From positions 124,001-188,000 of the forward strand of contig JAYWIR010000028.1 in NCBI GenBank assembly GCA_036172245.1: a stretch of DNA of 64,000 bases, written 5' to 3'. Positions 63,140 to 64,000 of this stretch are shown piece by piece. Under the pieces are notes generated by a model, which searched no databases, had not been told where the DNA came from, and saw nothing but the letters and a program-made list of their open reading frames with translations. The stretch comes from Raillietiella orientalis. Lineage: Eukaryota. Position numbers and translations under genes: made by a program. Position 1 is the first letter of the stretch; the number at the start of each line of letters is the position of its first letter.

Positions 63140-63890
63140 AAGAGCCACTTGCTCGATCATCCCATCCAAATCATCATCAATCGTGATGTATTTGACGCGG
63201 TGCAGGAAGAGCAGGGAAAGAATCGTGGAGGGACCGACCTTGCTCTGTGATCTTTTCGTTCTTTCTTTCAAAGCATCGGCGTCTCTCACTCTTTCGCACC
63301 GCGAAGGATCCTCCGTTAGCGTTACCACTCCAGATTGTGTCTGTGTTTCACATTGCAGAATCCGTTTCCTGGGGTTTCATACACGCGCGCTGTTATTTAT
63401 TCCCTGTTTTGATTCCCGCATCTGAAAGTCTCGCGTCGGAAGCCTCAATTTCGCGTTCCTCTGCACGAGAGCGGATGTGGGTCTATGATCTTAGCGAGCA
63501 GACTGAAACTTCTCCGGGTGGAATTGCCCGGAAGCTGCTTTGCATGCCGTGGCTCCACTCAGCGCCGCGATTCTGTCAGCTTACCAGCCGTGCCGCACGT
63601 CTGTTTGTGCTTCTTCTACTCCTCGGACCCGAAGATCCTGAATGTCCTCCTCGTCCCTGGATAGCTCCCTTCCTGGTTTGCAGTCCACGCATACTCCGTG
63701 CCGTTTCCACCCGAGCGATCCGAATCCTTTTGGATTCTCCTCTTTTGGACAACGTGCCGCGCCCACGAGCAATTAGTGCATTCTGTGGCAGTGATGGAAG
63801 GTGGAAAATTTTTCTCACGAAGAAACGTACGGAGGCTGGCAAAGTACCGCGGCGTGCCATGGTACACCTTCTCTCGGGAAGTTCTCTCAA
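63140..63890 (-). mobile_element. Decayed hAT transposase (C-terminal dimerisation domain)
   Basis: Minus strand VTL..SRCER..ALKERTKRSQSKVG..LSLLFLHR..IDDDLDGMIEQVA matches the hAT C-terminus (LTLP.TS.SCERSFSALKRIKT.LRSTMG.ERL..L.LL.IHR..DLD.VI..FA). Upstream, RRCTMARRGTL resembles the TRW.AR..AL motif. Confidence 0.55.
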
Positions 63891-64000
63891 AGCCGGGATC
63901 GATCAGCTCGTCCTCAAGGTGCAATGCTTGGTGGGATAAAATTCTTGCACGAGATGCTCTGTGTGATCTTCAAGCAGCATTACGTGAAAAGGTACCGAAA

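Noticed and set aside
1..64000. Prokaryote-type systems (CRISPR arrays, operons, defence islands), rRNA and tRNA genes
   Set aside because: No regularly spaced repeats, no intronless gene clusters and no rRNA- or cloverleaf-like sequence were recognised. The real genes have spliceosomal introns.

Overview
Eukaryotic (animal, probably invertebrate) genomic DNA, so most of the six-frame ORF track is noise. I could splice four genes by hand, all on the + strand: NDUFS6 (11191-12025, 3 exons, 124 aa), exportin-7/RanBP16 (24586-29192, 19 exons traced, start exon not located), an RRBP1/kinectin-family ER membrane coiled-coil protein (31693-36011, about 12 exons) and an uncharacterised 257-aa basic protein with a Cys4 motif (44913-48916, 3 exons). 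The three housekeeping genes lie in AT-rich, CpG-poor islands. XPO7 and RRBP1 have many very short introns (mostly 38-55 nt), weak donors and frequent AAG acceptors. Two of their introns have a modal-length upstream acceptor that would give an immediate stop codon. The GC/CpG-rich remainder holds many decayed transposon remnants recognised by eye: RTE- and CR1/L2-type LINE fragments, a Tigger/pogo element with a nested LINE piece, a hAT transposase remnant, a small Tc1/mariner-like MITE and several strong hairpins. I found no rRNA, tRNA or CRISPR array, and I cannot support a claim of a wholly new system. The best leads are the micro-intron splicing pattern, the two-compartment base composition and the unnamed Cys4 gene. 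No searches were run, and TE calls and boundaries are approximate.
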